Source of the DNA: Candidatus Magasanikbacteria bacterium RIFOXYC2_FULL_42_28
Lineage (GTDB): Bacteria > Patescibacteriota > Patescibacteriia > Magasanikbacterales > GWA2-37-8
Direction of reading: 5' to 3'
DNA length: 64,000 bases
Assembly: GCA_001784435.1 (NCBI GenBank)
Contig: MFQZ01000003.1
Span: 3,022 to 67,021 of the forward strand
The notes beneath the pieces were generated by a model that saw only the letters and a list, made by a program, of their open reading frames with translations, had not been told where the DNA came from and did not search any database. Positions 27,894 through 38,479 of this stretch are shown here, piece after piece; position 1 is the stretch's first letter; each line of letters starts with the position of its first letter. The position numbers and the translations under genes are program-made.

Positions 27894-28367
27894 TTACAAA
27901 TTCACCGCCGCGCAATACGCGCCCGCTAACGCGTCCGCCGCGTCATCGGATTTAATCGGTTTTTTAACGCCCAAAACCATGGCGGCCATTTTTTGCATTT
28001 GGCCTTTTTCCGCTCGACCATAGCCGGTCAGCGCTTGTTTGATTTGTAAAGGCGTATATTCATAAATTTCCAAACCGCAATCCAAAAGCGTCAATAAAAT
28101 TACCCCACGCGCCTGCCCGACATCCAGCGCGGTTTTGGCGTTATTAAAAAAATATAATTTTTCCACGGACGCGAGCGTTGGTTTGTGTTCTTTTACCACT
28201 TCTTTTATTTTATCACGCAATTCTTGCAAACGCGCGATTAAAGATTTTTTAGGCGAAGTTTCCAGACAACCATAAGCAACCGCTTGCCACTGACCGTGGC
28301 CGACCGATTCGATTACGCCATAACCCATGCGACCGAACCCAGGGTCAACACCTAAAATTCTGGTCAT
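27894..28367 (-). CDS. ruvC: crossover junction endodeoxyribonuclease RuvC
   Basis: MTRILGVDPGFGRMGYGVIE...; catalytic Asp/Glu pattern and length (157 aa) typical of RuvC. Confidence 0.85.
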   Translation of the reverse strand: MTRILGVDPGFGRMGYGVIESVGHGQWQAVAYGCLETSPKKSLIARLQELRDKIKEVVKEHKPTLASVEKLYFFNNAKTALDVGQARGVILLTLLDCGLEIYEYTPLQIKQALTGYGRAEKGQMQKMAAMVLGVKKPIKSDDAADALAGAYCAAVNL

Positions 28368-30253
28368 AGTGCTAATTTACCAACTTCAAATTTTTTACCA
28401 TCCAACCGACTATTGGTATTAAACCATTCAAAAAATTTATCACGACGCTCGCCGGACATTAAATAATTTTGGGATTTGACCGAATAAAACGGCATGACAT
28501 AAATATCTTTAACACTCCCGCCGGTGAAAGTCATTCCAACACTAAAACCTTCTTGAGTGTCTTGCGAAAAATATTGATCAAAAATAAAATTTCCGAGTGA
28601 GTAAAATATCGGCGCGCCGTTATATATTTCCATTTCTTGAATTACGTGGGGATGACCGCCGACTACCGCTGTCGCGCCGGCATCGATTAAATCACGCGCC
28701 CATTGCCGTTCGCGCTCATTGGAAATACGGTCATATTCCTGCCCCCAGTGCGGCATCACGACCACATTGGGCGCTTGGGATTTGGCTGTGGCAATGGCCA
28801 ATCTGATTTGACTCCAACTAACTTCGCCTTCGGTAAAATTTATTCCCACCAAAGCCATTTTTTCCGGTAAATTATTGGCCACCCAAATTCCACTGGTGCT
28901 CACGCTATATTCATTACCAAAATATCCCAAATTATTTTGTTCTAAAATTGTTTTGGTAAAATCCACATTCGCCCGCCCCATATCAATGGTGTGATTATTG
29001 GCCAAAGACACAGCTGAAAAATTATAACGCTTTAGCTGCCCCGCGAGCGCCGGATCAAAACGGAAAGCGATGGATTTAGAAGTATTAATACGTTTGATCG
29101 CGAATGGTCCTTCCAAATTGGCGACCGTCAAATCCTGCCCATAAAAAAATCTATTTTCTTGCCCGGTCAAATGTTCAAATACATAGTCCAAACCTTTTTC
29201 TCCCATCGCTTTGGCAACACTGCGGTCCAACATCATATCACCAAAAAATTGGACGGCGATGGCCGGAATGGCAACAGGTTTTCCACCAACGAAATACCCC
29301 ATCACATGCGAAGTGGTTTCGGCCAACTCCGAATTTTTAATAATATCGGCGCTATTGGTATGGTGCGCCAAAGTAAAATTTTGCGCTCCTTTTAGTTCAT
29401 TATATTTCAAAAGCAACCGAATAGAATTTTGGCTGTCAATTTCCATTCGTTCCAGACGATTATAGTCGCCGGTTTCTAAAACATTTATAGACAATTCATC
29501 GTGCCAATTAGAAACAGTAAGTGGAAGATAGTGCGAAAAATCCACCGACGCTAACACTAAAGAATTTTTTGGTAAAATTTTATTTAATAATTCCGCCACC
29601 TTGTCAATCTCTTGAAAATTGCGTTCATTTTTGACAATTATCGGCACGAGTTTGGTGTTTGGCCAAATTTTTTTAACTAAACTCACGAGCGCGCCCACGC
29701 CGTGTTCATTGGCAATGGCCGGATCATCAACCATTACGCCCGCGTCCGCTAATTTTCCAATAATTTTTTGATTGGTTTCTAAAATTCCAAACGGCGTTTG
29801 CCACGGCTCTAACGCCGTAATTATTTTTCCGCGTCCGGTATTAAAATGATTGGGACTGACAATTACCACGACCGCTGGCGTAATTTTTTTACTCACCGCC
29901 TCTAACATTCCAATTTCATAACTGCCAGCGACAAGATGGTGGGGCAAAACGGCGGAAACAGGCGCGGACGACAAATCAGCGATCGGTTGCGAGTATTTAA
30001 ACAAGGTCTCGAACAGGTCCTTATCATTAGGTATGGCCGTGTGAACATTGCCCTTAAGACCTTCGGAGGGCAACTGGATGCCGGTAAGGATGATTTTCGA
30101 TAATCCGGCTTGGTCGTTTTTAAAACGTGGCCCCAACCAAAATCCGGCCAAACCAACGGCAATGCCAATTGTGCCAATTAAAGCCAAAAATATAACTTGT
30201 TTAATACGCATACATCTTAATTTTACGCCTAATTTGGGGAAAATACAATACAA
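28364..30253 (-). CDS. fusion protein: MEMO1/AmmeMemoRadiSam-B-like N-domain + CapA/PgsA-family metallophosphoesterase (poly-gamma-glutamate capsule-synthesis-like)
   Basis: The C-terminal half carries CapA hallmarks (GDMMLDR, SAVSLANNHTIDMG, VVVMPHWGQEY, GGHPHVIQ, SLGNFIFDQ). The N-terminal half carries VLPHHLVAG...VVIVSPNHF. N-terminal TM anchor present. Confidence 0.65.
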   Translation of the reverse strand: MYCIFPKLGVKLRCMRIKQVIFLALIGTIGIAVGLAGFWLGPRFKNDQAGLSKIILTGIQLPSEGLKGNVHTAIPNDKDLFETLFKYSQPIADLSSAPVSAVLPHHLVAGSYEIGMLEAVSKKITPAVVVIVSPNHFNTGRGKIITALEPWQTPFGILETNQKIIGKLADAGVMVDDPAIANEHGVGALVSLVKKIWPNTKLVPIIVKNERNFQEIDKVAELLNKILPKNSLVLASVDFSHYLPLTVSNWHDELSINVLETGDYNRLERMEIDSQNSIRLLLKYNELKGAQNFTLAHHTNSADIIKNSELAETTSHVMGYFVGGKPVAIPAIAVQFFGDMMLDRSVAKAMGEKGLDYVFEHLTGQENRFFYGQDLTVANLEGPFAIKRINTSKSIAFRFDPALAGQLKRYNFSAVSLANNHTIDMGRANVDFTKTILEQNNLGYFGNEYSVSTSGIWVANNLPEKMALVGINFTEGEVSWSQIRLAIATAKSQAPNVVVMPHWGQEYDRISNERERQWARDLIDAGATAVVGGHPHVIQEMEIYNGAPIFYSLGNFIFDQYFSQDTQEGFSVGMTFTGGSVKDIYVMPFYSVKSQNYLMSGERRDKFFEWFNTNSRLDGKKFEVGKLAL

Positions 30254-30261
30254 CCATTAAC

Positions 30262-30300
30262 TAAAACACCCCGACAATTGTCGAGGTGTTCTTTGTTTAG
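30262..30300 (-). terminator. hairpin terminator after rpoC
   Basis: The minus strand reads acacctcgacaattgtcggggtgttttag. The stem is closely similar to the terminator at 45016-45052 (shared GTCGGGGTGT). Confidence 0.4.
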
Positions 30301-30303
30301 ATA

Positions 30304-33300
30304 TTATTTCTTAAACCCTGTCCCCGCCGGAATCAACCGACCAATAATTACATTTTCTTTCAGGCCCTCCAAGTAATCAACTTTACCGGTAATAGCAGAA
30401 TTGATTAATACCTTGGCGGTTTCTTGGAAAGAAGCGGATGATAAGAAGCTTTGGGTGGACAACGACACGCGCGTAATACCCAAAAGCAACTCGCGCGCCA
30501 CCGCCAATTTGCCACCGGCTTTTTTGGCGCTACGATTGGCAAAATCCAATTGGGATTTTTCAATCACTTCGCCCGGCAATAAATCAGTGTCGCCGGCATC
30601 TTCCACATAGGCGCGGCTAAACATTTGCTTGATGAGCAATTCCACGTGCTTGTCATTAACTTTCTGGCCTTGACTGGAATAAATATTTTGCACTTCCTGC
30701 AAGACATAACGTTGCACTGCCGGTCGGCCTTTTAATTCAAATAATTCTTGCAAATAAATACTGCCGTTAGTCAAGGCCTGACCCTTTTCAACAACATCGC
30801 CATCTTTGGCATACAACTTATAACCCAACGGAATAATATATTCGCGAATTTTTGGTCCGTTATAGGAAAGGGTGAGATTATTTTTGACAATCTTCACCTG
30901 ACTTTCAAACTTGGCCGTCACTTCTTCGCCGGTTGATCCGCGCACGATAACGACCGCGTCTTTTGCCACCGTATCGCCATCTTTTACCAGCACTTCATCC
31001 TCGGCCGTATATTTAATTTTGGTTTCATCCATGCCTTCAAAATGGACTTTGGCAATTTTCTGACCGCGGCGGCCTTCGAAAATTTTCTTGCCGGTTGAGG
31101 AAGTGATAATTTTACCATCCGCGTCTTCAATTTCCACTTTACCGGCCACTTCGGACAATACGGCTTTGTGTTTCGGCGGACGATTTTCAAATAATTCTTC
31201 TACGCGTGGCAAACCCTGGGTAATATCGCCACCAGCCACACCACCGGCGTGGAAGGTGCGAAGCGTCAACTGCGTGCCTGGTTCACCCAATGACTGCGCG
31301 GCGATCACACCAACGGCCGTGCCAAATTCCACCGGCACGTTGTGGGCCAAATCATAACCATAACATTGACGACAAACACCTTTGGGTAATTTGCATTGCA
31401 AGACACTACGCACATGCACGGACGGCACTTTTTTATCTTCAATTACGCGCGCGGCTTTGTCAGTGATAACCTCGCCTTTTTTGACAATCACAACGCCATC
31501 GGCTTTGACATCAGTCAAAACATAACGATCCCAAACGCGGTCGGATAATTTTTCACCCATTTCTTTGGATTGTTCCACAGTGAAAATTTCGCCATCAGTG
31601 TCCCCGCAATCTTCTTCTAACACCACCACATCTTGCGCGACATCTACGAGACGTCGAGTTAAATAACCGGCGTTAGCAGTACGCAAGGCCGTATCAGACA
31701 AACCTTTACGCGTACCGTGGGAAGAAATAAAATATTCCAAAACATCAAAACCTTCTTTAAAGTTGCCTTTGACCGGCAATTCAATAATATCACCGCTTGG
31801 TGACACCACCAAACCCTTCATACCGATAACCTGACCTAACTGGCCCCAAGTACCGCGCGCGCCGGAATCAATCATGGCGAACACTGAACTGCTTTTGTCC
31901 AAAGTGGCTTGATTATTGGCGACGATTTTATCTTTAGCGCCGGTCCAAATTTCCAAAATTTTAGCGTGACGTTCGGTCTGGGTTAACAAACCATCACGGT
32001 ATTGTTCTTCACACAAAGTAATTTCCGCGTCCGCGTCTTTCAAAATCGCCGGTTTTTCTTTAATTTCCGGAAAGTCGGCAAAGCCCAACGAGTAGCCGGA
32101 TTTGGTAACATAACGGAAACCGAGATTTTTTAACTCATCCAAATATTTGGCAGTTTCCGGTTGGCCGTAATATTCTAAACAGTAGCGAATAATTTCGGCT
32201 AATTTTTTAACGTTGATGGTTTCGTTGTAATAGCGTAATTTGTCCGGCACGATTTCGTTAAAGAAAACGCGACCGACCGAGGTCTCAATAATCAAACTTT
32301 CGCTGTCCGTAAATTTATTGGCCGAAGCGGTCATACGCACTTTGATTTTTTCATGCAAAGTAATGGCGCGAGATTTGTAGGCCAACTTGGCTTCTTTTTC
32401 CGAACCAAACAATTTAGTCGCGGTACTTTTATCATTAACATTATAATTGGTAAGATAAAAACAACCAAGCGCGATGTCCTGTTTAGGAGTCGTTACCGGC
32501 TGACCGGTCGCGGGTTTTAAAAGATTTTTTTCCGCGGCCATTAAGTTATCGGCTTCCCAACGCGCTTCGGCCGTAAGTGGCAAATGAACCGCCATCTGGT
32601 CACCGTCAAAGTCAGCGTTAAAAGCGGTACAAACTAATGGGTGCAATTGAATGGCTTTGCCTTCAATCAAACGCGGGTGAAAGGCCTGGATACCCAGGCG
32701 GTGCAAAGTAGGAGCGCGATTTAAAAACACGCGCGTGGTTTTGGTTAAATTTTCCAAAATATCCCAAACCTCGTCGTGTTCACTTTCAATATAGCGACCG
32801 GCACTGCGCACATTGTGCGCGAGTTCGCGCTTAATAATTTCACCCATGATAAACGGCTTGAACAATTCCAACGCCATGCGTTTGGGCAAACCACATTCAT
32901 CAATATTCAAAGTCGGACCAACGACGATTACGGAACGGCCGGAATAGTCCACGCGCTTGCCCAATAAATTTTGGCGGAAACGCCCTTGTTTGCCTTTCAA
33001 AATGTCGGCGAGCGAACGCAGTTGGCGTTTTTGACCGGTCGCGGCCAAAACTGTTTTAGAATGACGAGCGTTGTTGTCGATGAGCGCGTCCACCGCTTCT
33101 TGCAACATGCGTTTTTCGTTGCGGCAAATAACTTCCGGCGCGTCTAATTCCAATAACCGACGCAAACGATTGTTGCGGTTAATAACCCGACGATATAAAT
33201 CATTTAAATCCGAAGTGGCAAACCGACCGCCGTCCAAAGCCACCATCGGGCGTAAATCCGGCGGAATCACCGGAATCGCTTTCAAAATTGCCCATTCGGG

Positions 33301-34182
33301 ACGAACACCGTTGACATGTAAACTTTTCAATAATTTTTTACGGCGAATCAACCGTTCCAATTTAGCGCCTTTCGCGCTAATTTGGCTTTCGGTAATTTGT
33401 TTAATGGTTTCTTCCAAATTCACGCGCGCGAGCAAATTATAAACTGCTTCCGCGCCAATACTGGCCTCAAACAAATGACCAAAACGCAAAGACATCTCCT
33501 GATAGCGATTTTCCGAAATCACGCGCATCACTTGTAAGTCCTTCAACTCGCGATCAGCGGCTTGAAAATCTTCATCTAATGCTTCTATTTTTCTCTCGGA
33601 TTCTTTCACGATTTCGTCAATGGCGGCCTTGCCCAATTTTTCATTATTGGCTTTGGCAATTCCTTCTTCGCGCTCGCGGTCAATTTGTTTGCGTTTGGAT
33701 TTATATTCTTGACGCAATTGATCAGATGCTTGCTTTTTTCCTTCTTCATTAACCGAGTTGATAATAAAAGCGGCAAAGTAAACTACTTTTTCTAGCGACT
33801 GCATCGTCAAATCCAAAATCAAACCAATCTTGGACGGCACGGAACGTAAAAACCAAATATGCGTAACCGGCGCGGCCAAATCAATGTGGCCCATGCGTTC
33901 GCGACGCACGAGCGAGGTGGTAACTTCCACGCCACACTTATCGCAAACAATTCCTTTGTAGCGAATTTTTTTGTATTTACCACAATAACATTCCCAATCC
34001 TTGGTCGGGCCAAAAATTTCTTCGGCAAACAAACCGCCTTTTTCCGGTTTTTGCGTACGGTAATTAATTGTTTCCGGTTTGTTAACCTCGCCAAATGACC
34101 AACCCCTAATAACCTCGGGAGAAGCCAAGCGCAGGCGAATGGCGTCAAAGTCAACATGACGGACAGAATCGCGAGTAATCAT
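30304..34182 (-). CDS. rpoC: DNA-directed RNA polymerase subunit beta'
   Basis: 1292 aa; NADFDGDQMAVH catalytic motif, zinc-binding CYCGKYKKIRYKGIVCDKCGVEV, and bridge-helix and trigger-loop regions. Confidence 0.95.
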   Translation of the reverse strand: MITRDSVRHVDFDAIRLRLASPEVIRGWSFGEVNKPETINYRTQKPEKGGLFAEEIFGPTKDWECYCGKYKKIRYKGIVCDKCGVEVTTSLVRRERMGHIDLAAPVTHIWFLRSVPSKIGLILDLTMQSLEKVVYFAAFIINSVNEEGKKQASDQLRQEYKSKRKQIDREREEGIAKANNEKLGKAAIDEIVKESERKIEALDEDFQAADRELKDLQVMRVISENRYQEMSLRFGHLFEASIGAEAVYNLLARVNLEETIKQITESQISAKGAKLERLIRRKKLLKSLHVNGVRPEWAILKAIPVIPPDLRPMVALDGGRFATSDLNDLYRRVINRNNRLRRLLELDAPEVICRNEKRMLQEAVDALIDNNARHSKTVLAATGQKRQLRSLADILKGKQGRFRQNLLGKRVDYSGRSVIVVGPTLNIDECGLPKRMALELFKPFIMGEIIKRELAHNVRSAGRYIESEHDEVWDILENLTKTTRVFLNRAPTLHRLGIQAFHPRLIEGKAIQLHPLVCTAFNADFDGDQMAVHLPLTAEARWEADNLMAAEKNLLKPATGQPVTTPKQDIALGCFYLTNYNVNDKSTATKLFGSEKEAKLAYKSRAITLHEKIKVRMTASANKFTDSESLIIETSVGRVFFNEIVPDKLRYYNETINVKKLAEIIRYCLEYYGQPETAKYLDELKNLGFRYVTKSGYSLGFADFPEIKEKPAILKDADAEITLCEEQYRDGLLTQTERHAKILEIWTGAKDKIVANNQATLDKSSSVFAMIDSGARGTWGQLGQVIGMKGLVVSPSGDIIELPVKGNFKEGFDVLEYFISSHGTRKGLSDTALRTANAGYLTRRLVDVAQDVVVLEEDCGDTDGEIFTVEQSKEMGEKLSDRVWDRYVLTDVKADGVVIVKKGEVITDKAARVIEDKKVPSVHVRSVLQCKLPKGVCRQCYGYDLAHNVPVEFGTAVGVIAAQSLGEPGTQLTLRTFHAGGVAGGDITQGLPRVEELFENRPPKHKAVLSEVAGKVEIEDADGKIITSSTGKKIFEGRRGQKIAKVHFEGMDETKIKYTAEDEVLVKDGDTVAKDAVVIVRGSTGEEVTAKFESQVKIVKNNLTLSYNGPKIREYIIPLGYKLYAKDGDVVEKGQALTNGSIYLQELFELKGRPAVQRYVLQEVQNIYSSQGQKVNDKHVELLIKQMFSRAYVEDAGDTDLLPGEVIEKSQLDFANRSAKKAGGKLAVARELLLGITRVSLSTQSFLSSASFQETAKVLINSAITGKVDYLEGLKENVIIGRLIPAGTGFKK

Positions 34183-34223
34183 ATTAAAATCAAAATTTAA
34201 AAATCAAAAATCAAAATTAACAA

Positions 34224-37200
34224 TTAATCTTTCTTCAATTCTTTATTGGGCACTTCAATCGTGTTACTCGCGACCTCTCCTTCTTCCTTCTTATTTTCCG
34301 CGTCCACTTCAGCCACCGGGCGATATTCGCCGGATTCACTTCTCTTCAACAATTCTACTTCCATACCGAGACCTTTAATTTCACGCACCAAAACATTAAA
34401 AGATTCCGGAATGTTCACGCGCGTGATTGGCTCACCTTTAATAATGGCCTCATACGCTTTGGAACGACCTGGAACATCATCGGATTTAATGGTTAAAATT
34501 TCTTGCAAGGTATGCGCGGCGCCATAGGCCTCCAAAGCCCAAACTTCCATTTCACCAAATCTCTGACCACCAAATTGCGCTTTACCACCCAAAGGTTGCT
34601 GGGTAATCAAACTATATGGACCAATAGAGCGTTGGTGGATTTTATCTTCCACCATGTGGTTCAATTTCAACATGTAGTTGTAACCAACCGTCACTTTATT
34701 ATCAAACGGTTCGCCGGTGCGACCATCGCACAGCGTCATCTGACCATGAGCGGGAAAACCGGCTTTTAACAATTCATTACGAATCTGTTCTTCGGTCAAA
34801 CCATTTAACACCGGTGTCGCCACTTTGTAGCCCAAAGCATTAGCGGCCAAACCAAGATGCGTTTCCAAAATCTGCCCCAAGTTCATACGAGAAATAACGC
34901 CCAAGGGAGACAAAATAATATCAACTGGCGTGCCATCTTCCAAAAACGGCATGTCCGAGCGAGGCACCACGCGTGAAATTACACCTTTGTTACCGTGGCG
35001 ACCGGCCATTTTGTCACCGACCTGAATTTTGCGCATGTCAGCCACTGTCACCTGTACTTGTTTAATTACGCCCGGTTCTAATTTATCACCATTTTCTTCT
35101 GAGAAAATTCGGATGTCAATAACTTTACCGTGTTCGCCATGCTCCAAATACAAAGATGAATCACGCACGTCGCGCGCTTTTTCACCAAAGATGGCGCGCA
35201 ATAATCTTTCTTCCGCGGATAATTCGGTTTCGCCTTTCGGGGTAATTTTACCAACTAAAATATCGCCGGATTTAACTTCGGCGCCTACTCTAACTATACC
35301 CTCACTGTCCAAATTTTTCAACTTCTCTTCGCTGACATTCGGAATGTCATTCGTGATAACTTCCGGACCCAATTTTGTTTCACGAACATCAATAATATAA
35401 TTTTCAATATGAATGGAGGTGAAACGATCGCGTTGCACCAAGCGTTCATTCAAAATAATCGCGTCTTCATAATTGAAACCGTCCCACACCATGTAAGCCA
35501 CTAAAACATTTTGACCCAAAGCCAATTCACCATCCTGAATTGATGGCCCATCGGTCAAGGGCTGGCCTTTTTTCACTTTCTCGCCTACCTCCACGGTCGG
35601 ATGTTGATTGATACAAGTGGCGGCATTGGAACGGTGAAATTTATTTAATTTATAAGTATAAGAATTTCCTTTTTTGCCTTTTAAAATAATTTTGCCACCA
35701 TCCATTTCGGCAATTTCGCCGTCTTCGTCGGCCAAAAACATATGGCCGGAATTGCGCGCCGCGTCTACTTCTACGCCCGTGCCCACAAGCGGCGCATCCG
35801 GAGAAATACACGGCACGGCCTGACGTTGCATGTTGGTGCCCATGAGAGCGCGAGTGGCGTCGTCGTGTTCCAAAAATGGAATACACGCGGTCGCTACGCT
35901 CACAACTTGATAAGAGCAAACATCAACATAATCCAATTCTGAAGTGTTGGAAACGCTCGGCTTGCTGTAAACGCGCGCCGGCACATTACCATCGATAAAA
36001 TATCCTTTTTCATCAACGCGAACTTTCGCGGAAGTGGTAATTACTTTTTCTTCCTTAAAAGCGGAAAGGTATGATACCTCGTTCGTCAAACGCGGTTTTA
36101 CTTTGATAATTTTTTCTTTGGAAGCGGATAATTTTTTAGCAATTTCTTTCGTAATCAAAGTGCCATCTTTCACGCCGGCCGTATCTTCGCGTAAAATTTC
36201 CCCTTCAGTCAATTCCGGTTTGTTATCAACTTGGCGCAAAACTTTGCGGTAAGGGGTTTCAATAAAACCAAACTCATTGATACGAGCGTAGGAAGACAGA
36301 TGGTTCACAAGACCGATGTTCGGACCTTCGGGAGTGGCAATCGGACAGATGCGACCATAGTGAGTGGTGTGCACATCGCGCACTTCAAAGCCAGCTCGAT
36401 CGCGCGATAAACCGCCGGGACCAAGCGCAGACAAGCGACGTTTGTGTTCCAATTCGGACAGCGGATTGTGCTGATCCATGAACTGGGACATTTGCGAACT
36501 CATGAAAAATTCGCGCACCGCCGACACTACCGGCCGGGCGTTCACCAAACGATTCGGTGTCACCTCTTCTATATTATAAGTACTCATCCGGTCTTTGATG
36601 ATGCGCTCCATGCGCGCCAAGCCAACGCGGAAACGATTCTGTACCAGCTCGCCCACCGCGCGCACACGGCGATTGCCCAAGTGATCTACATCATCAGGAT
36701 CTTCTTGCGTAACATTCAAACGGATCACTTCGCTGATTACCGCGGCTAATTTTTCTTTGGACAACACGCGATTTTCTTTTTTGTCATAATCTTCGCTGGA
36801 GCTCGCGATGTCAAATTTATTGTTGAATTTATAAATACCAACGCGACCTAAATCATAACGGTCAAAATTGAAAAACATCGCTTCCACCAAACTCTTGGCG
36901 TTGTCGGCCGTAGCCAAATCGCCCGGACGAATGCGTTTATAAACTTCCACAAAGCCCTCATCGCGATTGGTCGCCAAATCCTTTTTCAAAGTGGCGTCAA
37001 TGTAATCAATTTGCGGATGATTATTTACTTTTTTGAAAAGTTCAATAATTTCTTCGTTGGACTCGCAACCAAAAGCGCGCAAAAGCGAGGTAACCGCGAC
37101 TTTGCGTTTGCGATCTACTTTTACCCAAATAGCGTTGTTTAAATCCGTTTCAATTTCCAGCCACGCGCCACGATTTGGAATAATTTTAGCGCCATAATAA

Positions 37201-37667
37201 TTGCGTCCGCGCACATTTTCCGCGGTGAAAAAAGCGCCGGCACTGCGGATTAGCTGGGACACGACCGCGCGTTCAATGCCGTTCACAATAAACGTACCAC
37301 GGTTGGTCATGATGGGGATATCGCCCAAATAAATTTCTTGCGATTTGCTTACGTTGGTTTTTTTATTTACCAAACGCGCGGTTATGCGCAGGGGCGCTTC
37401 AAAAGTGGTGTTGCGCTCGCGACAAACATCTTCTTCAAAACGCGGTTCATCTAAAAAATAATTTTCAAAATATAATTCCAAGTCGCGACCGGAAAAATCC
37501 GTAATCGGTGAGACCTCATCAAACAATTCTTTAATACCATTTTTTAAAAACCAAGCGTACGAATCAGTTTGAATTTCTATTAAATTTGGTAGCGGCGCGT
37601 AATTTTTTTCATCAGTAAAATATTTGCGCTCGCGAGTTTTAAGAGGTTGGCGTTTGAAGGTAGGCAT
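34224..37667 (-). CDS. rpoB: DNA-directed RNA polymerase subunit beta
   Basis: 1147 aa; conserved rifampicin-cluster region (FFGSSQLSQFMDQ-like: SSQMSQFMDQHNPLSELEHKRRLSALGPGGL) and the C-terminal catalytic region. Confidence 0.95.
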   Translation of the reverse strand: MPTFKRQPLKTRERKYFTDEKNYAPLPNLIEIQTDSYAWFLKNGIKELFDEVSPITDFSGRDLELYFENYFLDEPRFEEDVCRERNTTFEAPLRITARLVNKKTNVSKSQEIYLGDIPIMTNRGTFIVNGIERAVVSQLIRSAGAFFTAENVRGRNYYGAKIIPNRGAWLEIETDLNNAIWVKVDRKRKVAVTSLLRAFGCESNEEIIELFKKVNNHPQIDYIDATLKKDLATNRDEGFVEVYKRIRPGDLATADNAKSLVEAMFFNFDRYDLGRVGIYKFNNKFDIASSSEDYDKKENRVLSKEKLAAVISEVIRLNVTQEDPDDVDHLGNRRVRAVGELVQNRFRVGLARMERIIKDRMSTYNIEEVTPNRLVNARPVVSAVREFFMSSQMSQFMDQHNPLSELEHKRRLSALGPGGLSRDRAGFEVRDVHTTHYGRICPIATPEGPNIGLVNHLSSYARINEFGFIETPYRKVLRQVDNKPELTEGEILREDTAGVKDGTLITKEIAKKLSASKEKIIKVKPRLTNEVSYLSAFKEEKVITTSAKVRVDEKGYFIDGNVPARVYSKPSVSNTSELDYVDVCSYQVVSVATACIPFLEHDDATRALMGTNMQRQAVPCISPDAPLVGTGVEVDAARNSGHMFLADEDGEIAEMDGGKIILKGKKGNSYTYKLNKFHRSNAATCINQHPTVEVGEKVKKGQPLTDGPSIQDGELALGQNVLVAYMVWDGFNYEDAIILNERLVQRDRFTSIHIENYIIDVRETKLGPEVITNDIPNVSEEKLKNLDSEGIVRVGAEVKSGDILVGKITPKGETELSAEERLLRAIFGEKARDVRDSSLYLEHGEHGKVIDIRIFSEENGDKLEPGVIKQVQVTVADMRKIQVGDKMAGRHGNKGVISRVVPRSDMPFLEDGTPVDIILSPLGVISRMNLGQILETHLGLAANALGYKVATPVLNGLTEEQIRNELLKAGFPAHGQMTLCDGRTGEPFDNKVTVGYNYMLKLNHMVEDKIHQRSIGPYSLITQQPLGGKAQFGGQRFGEMEVWALEAYGAAHTLQEILTIKSDDVPGRSKAYEAIIKGEPITRVNIPESFNVLVREIKGLGMEVELLKRSESGEYRPVAEVDAENKKEEGEVASNTIEVPNKELKKD

Positions 37668-37719
37668 AATAAAAATTCAAAATTTAAATATCAAAATGAA
37701 AAATTATTGTAATTGTCGC

Positions 37720-37830
37720 CACGAACTAGTTTACAGGGTGCAACATGTCGCGGAAAGTTTACAGGGCGTAGCGTAGCGAAGCCCTGAAATATAGGTAAAC
37801 CATATTTGCTTCGCTCGCTCGGAATTAAAA
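37720..37830. repeat. palindromic repeats in the rpoB leader/promoter region
   Basis: agtttacagggtg...agtttacagggcgtagcgtagcgaagccctgaaat. The gcgtagcgYagcgaagc core is shared with 10412-10436. A putative rpoB promoter (ttgacatttcttgacaaatagtataaa, minus strand) sits at about 38045-38080, leaving a leader of more than 350 nt. Confidence 0.45.
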
Positions 37831-38103
37831 ATAAATTTTTACTTCTCTCACTCTACTCGCAAATAAAAAAAGGGCCAACAAAATAGGGGCTTTTTGAGTT
37901 TTTCCTTATAAATTGGCCAAAATCCGCAAGGTTGACATGAAGATTATTTTATGTCCTTGCACGCCGCTCTCCCCACCAAACCGATGAGGGAGGGTAGCAT
38001 TTTTTGCTTAATTGAGCGAAAAAACAGCTAATCTTTTCCTCTCAATCAATAGTGAATACATTTTATACTATTTGTCAAGAAATGTCAACTGTGGATAAGT
38101 ATC

Positions 38104-38475
38104 CTATGCATGAGGCAACTTATCAATAATCTTAATAAAATCCTTCTTGTCCACCAAACTGATTTTCCCAGCCAAACGTGCGCGCTCCACCTCTTCTTTC
38201 ATCCGTAAACGCAAACTACGGCCAAAACCAGTGCCAGCAGGCAACAATTTAGCGTGTTTAGTAATTAAATCAACAATAAACTGACGATTGGCCGGCGAAA
38301 TATTAGCAAATGTTTCATGCCGTAAAGCATACATCTGTTCGGCAATTTTGTGTTCAATGCCATAACGCCCGGAACGCAACTGGTTATTGCCGGTTTTAAT
38401 GTTTAGTTTGTAGGGGTCCGGTTTTGGGTCTGCTTTCGGATCTAATTTTGGTTTTGGGGTGCTAAAGGGCCACAT
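38104..38475 (-). CDS. hypothetical protein (123 aa)
   Basis: ORF, last gene of a three-gene minus-strand cluster with MIPS; N-terminal (K/P/D)-rich repeat KLDPKADPKPDP. Confidence 0.35.
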   Translation of the reverse strand: MWPFSTPKPKLDPKADPKPDPYKLNIKTGNNQLRSGRYGIEHKIAEQMYALRHETFANISPANRQFIVDLITKHAKLLPAGTGFGRSLRLRMKEEVERARLAGKISLVDKKDFIKIIDKLPHA

Positions 38476-38479
38476 AAAA

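Noticed and set aside
30304-37667. Numerous 60-120-aa ORFs on both strands inside rpoB and rpoC
   Set aside because: All are out of frame or antisense within two continuous, motif-verified RNA polymerase genes.
37668-38103. tmRNA / RNase P RNA / SRP RNA in the long rpoB upstream region (also considered for 10060-10745 and 41082-41480)
   Set aside because: None of the hallmarks were found: no tRNA-like 3' end (GGTTCGANTCC...CCA) for tmRNA, no conserved P4 GGAAAGTCCGG-type segment for RNase P RNA, and no SRP domain IV motif. The structure present is accounted for by dispersed palindromic repeats and a long leader.
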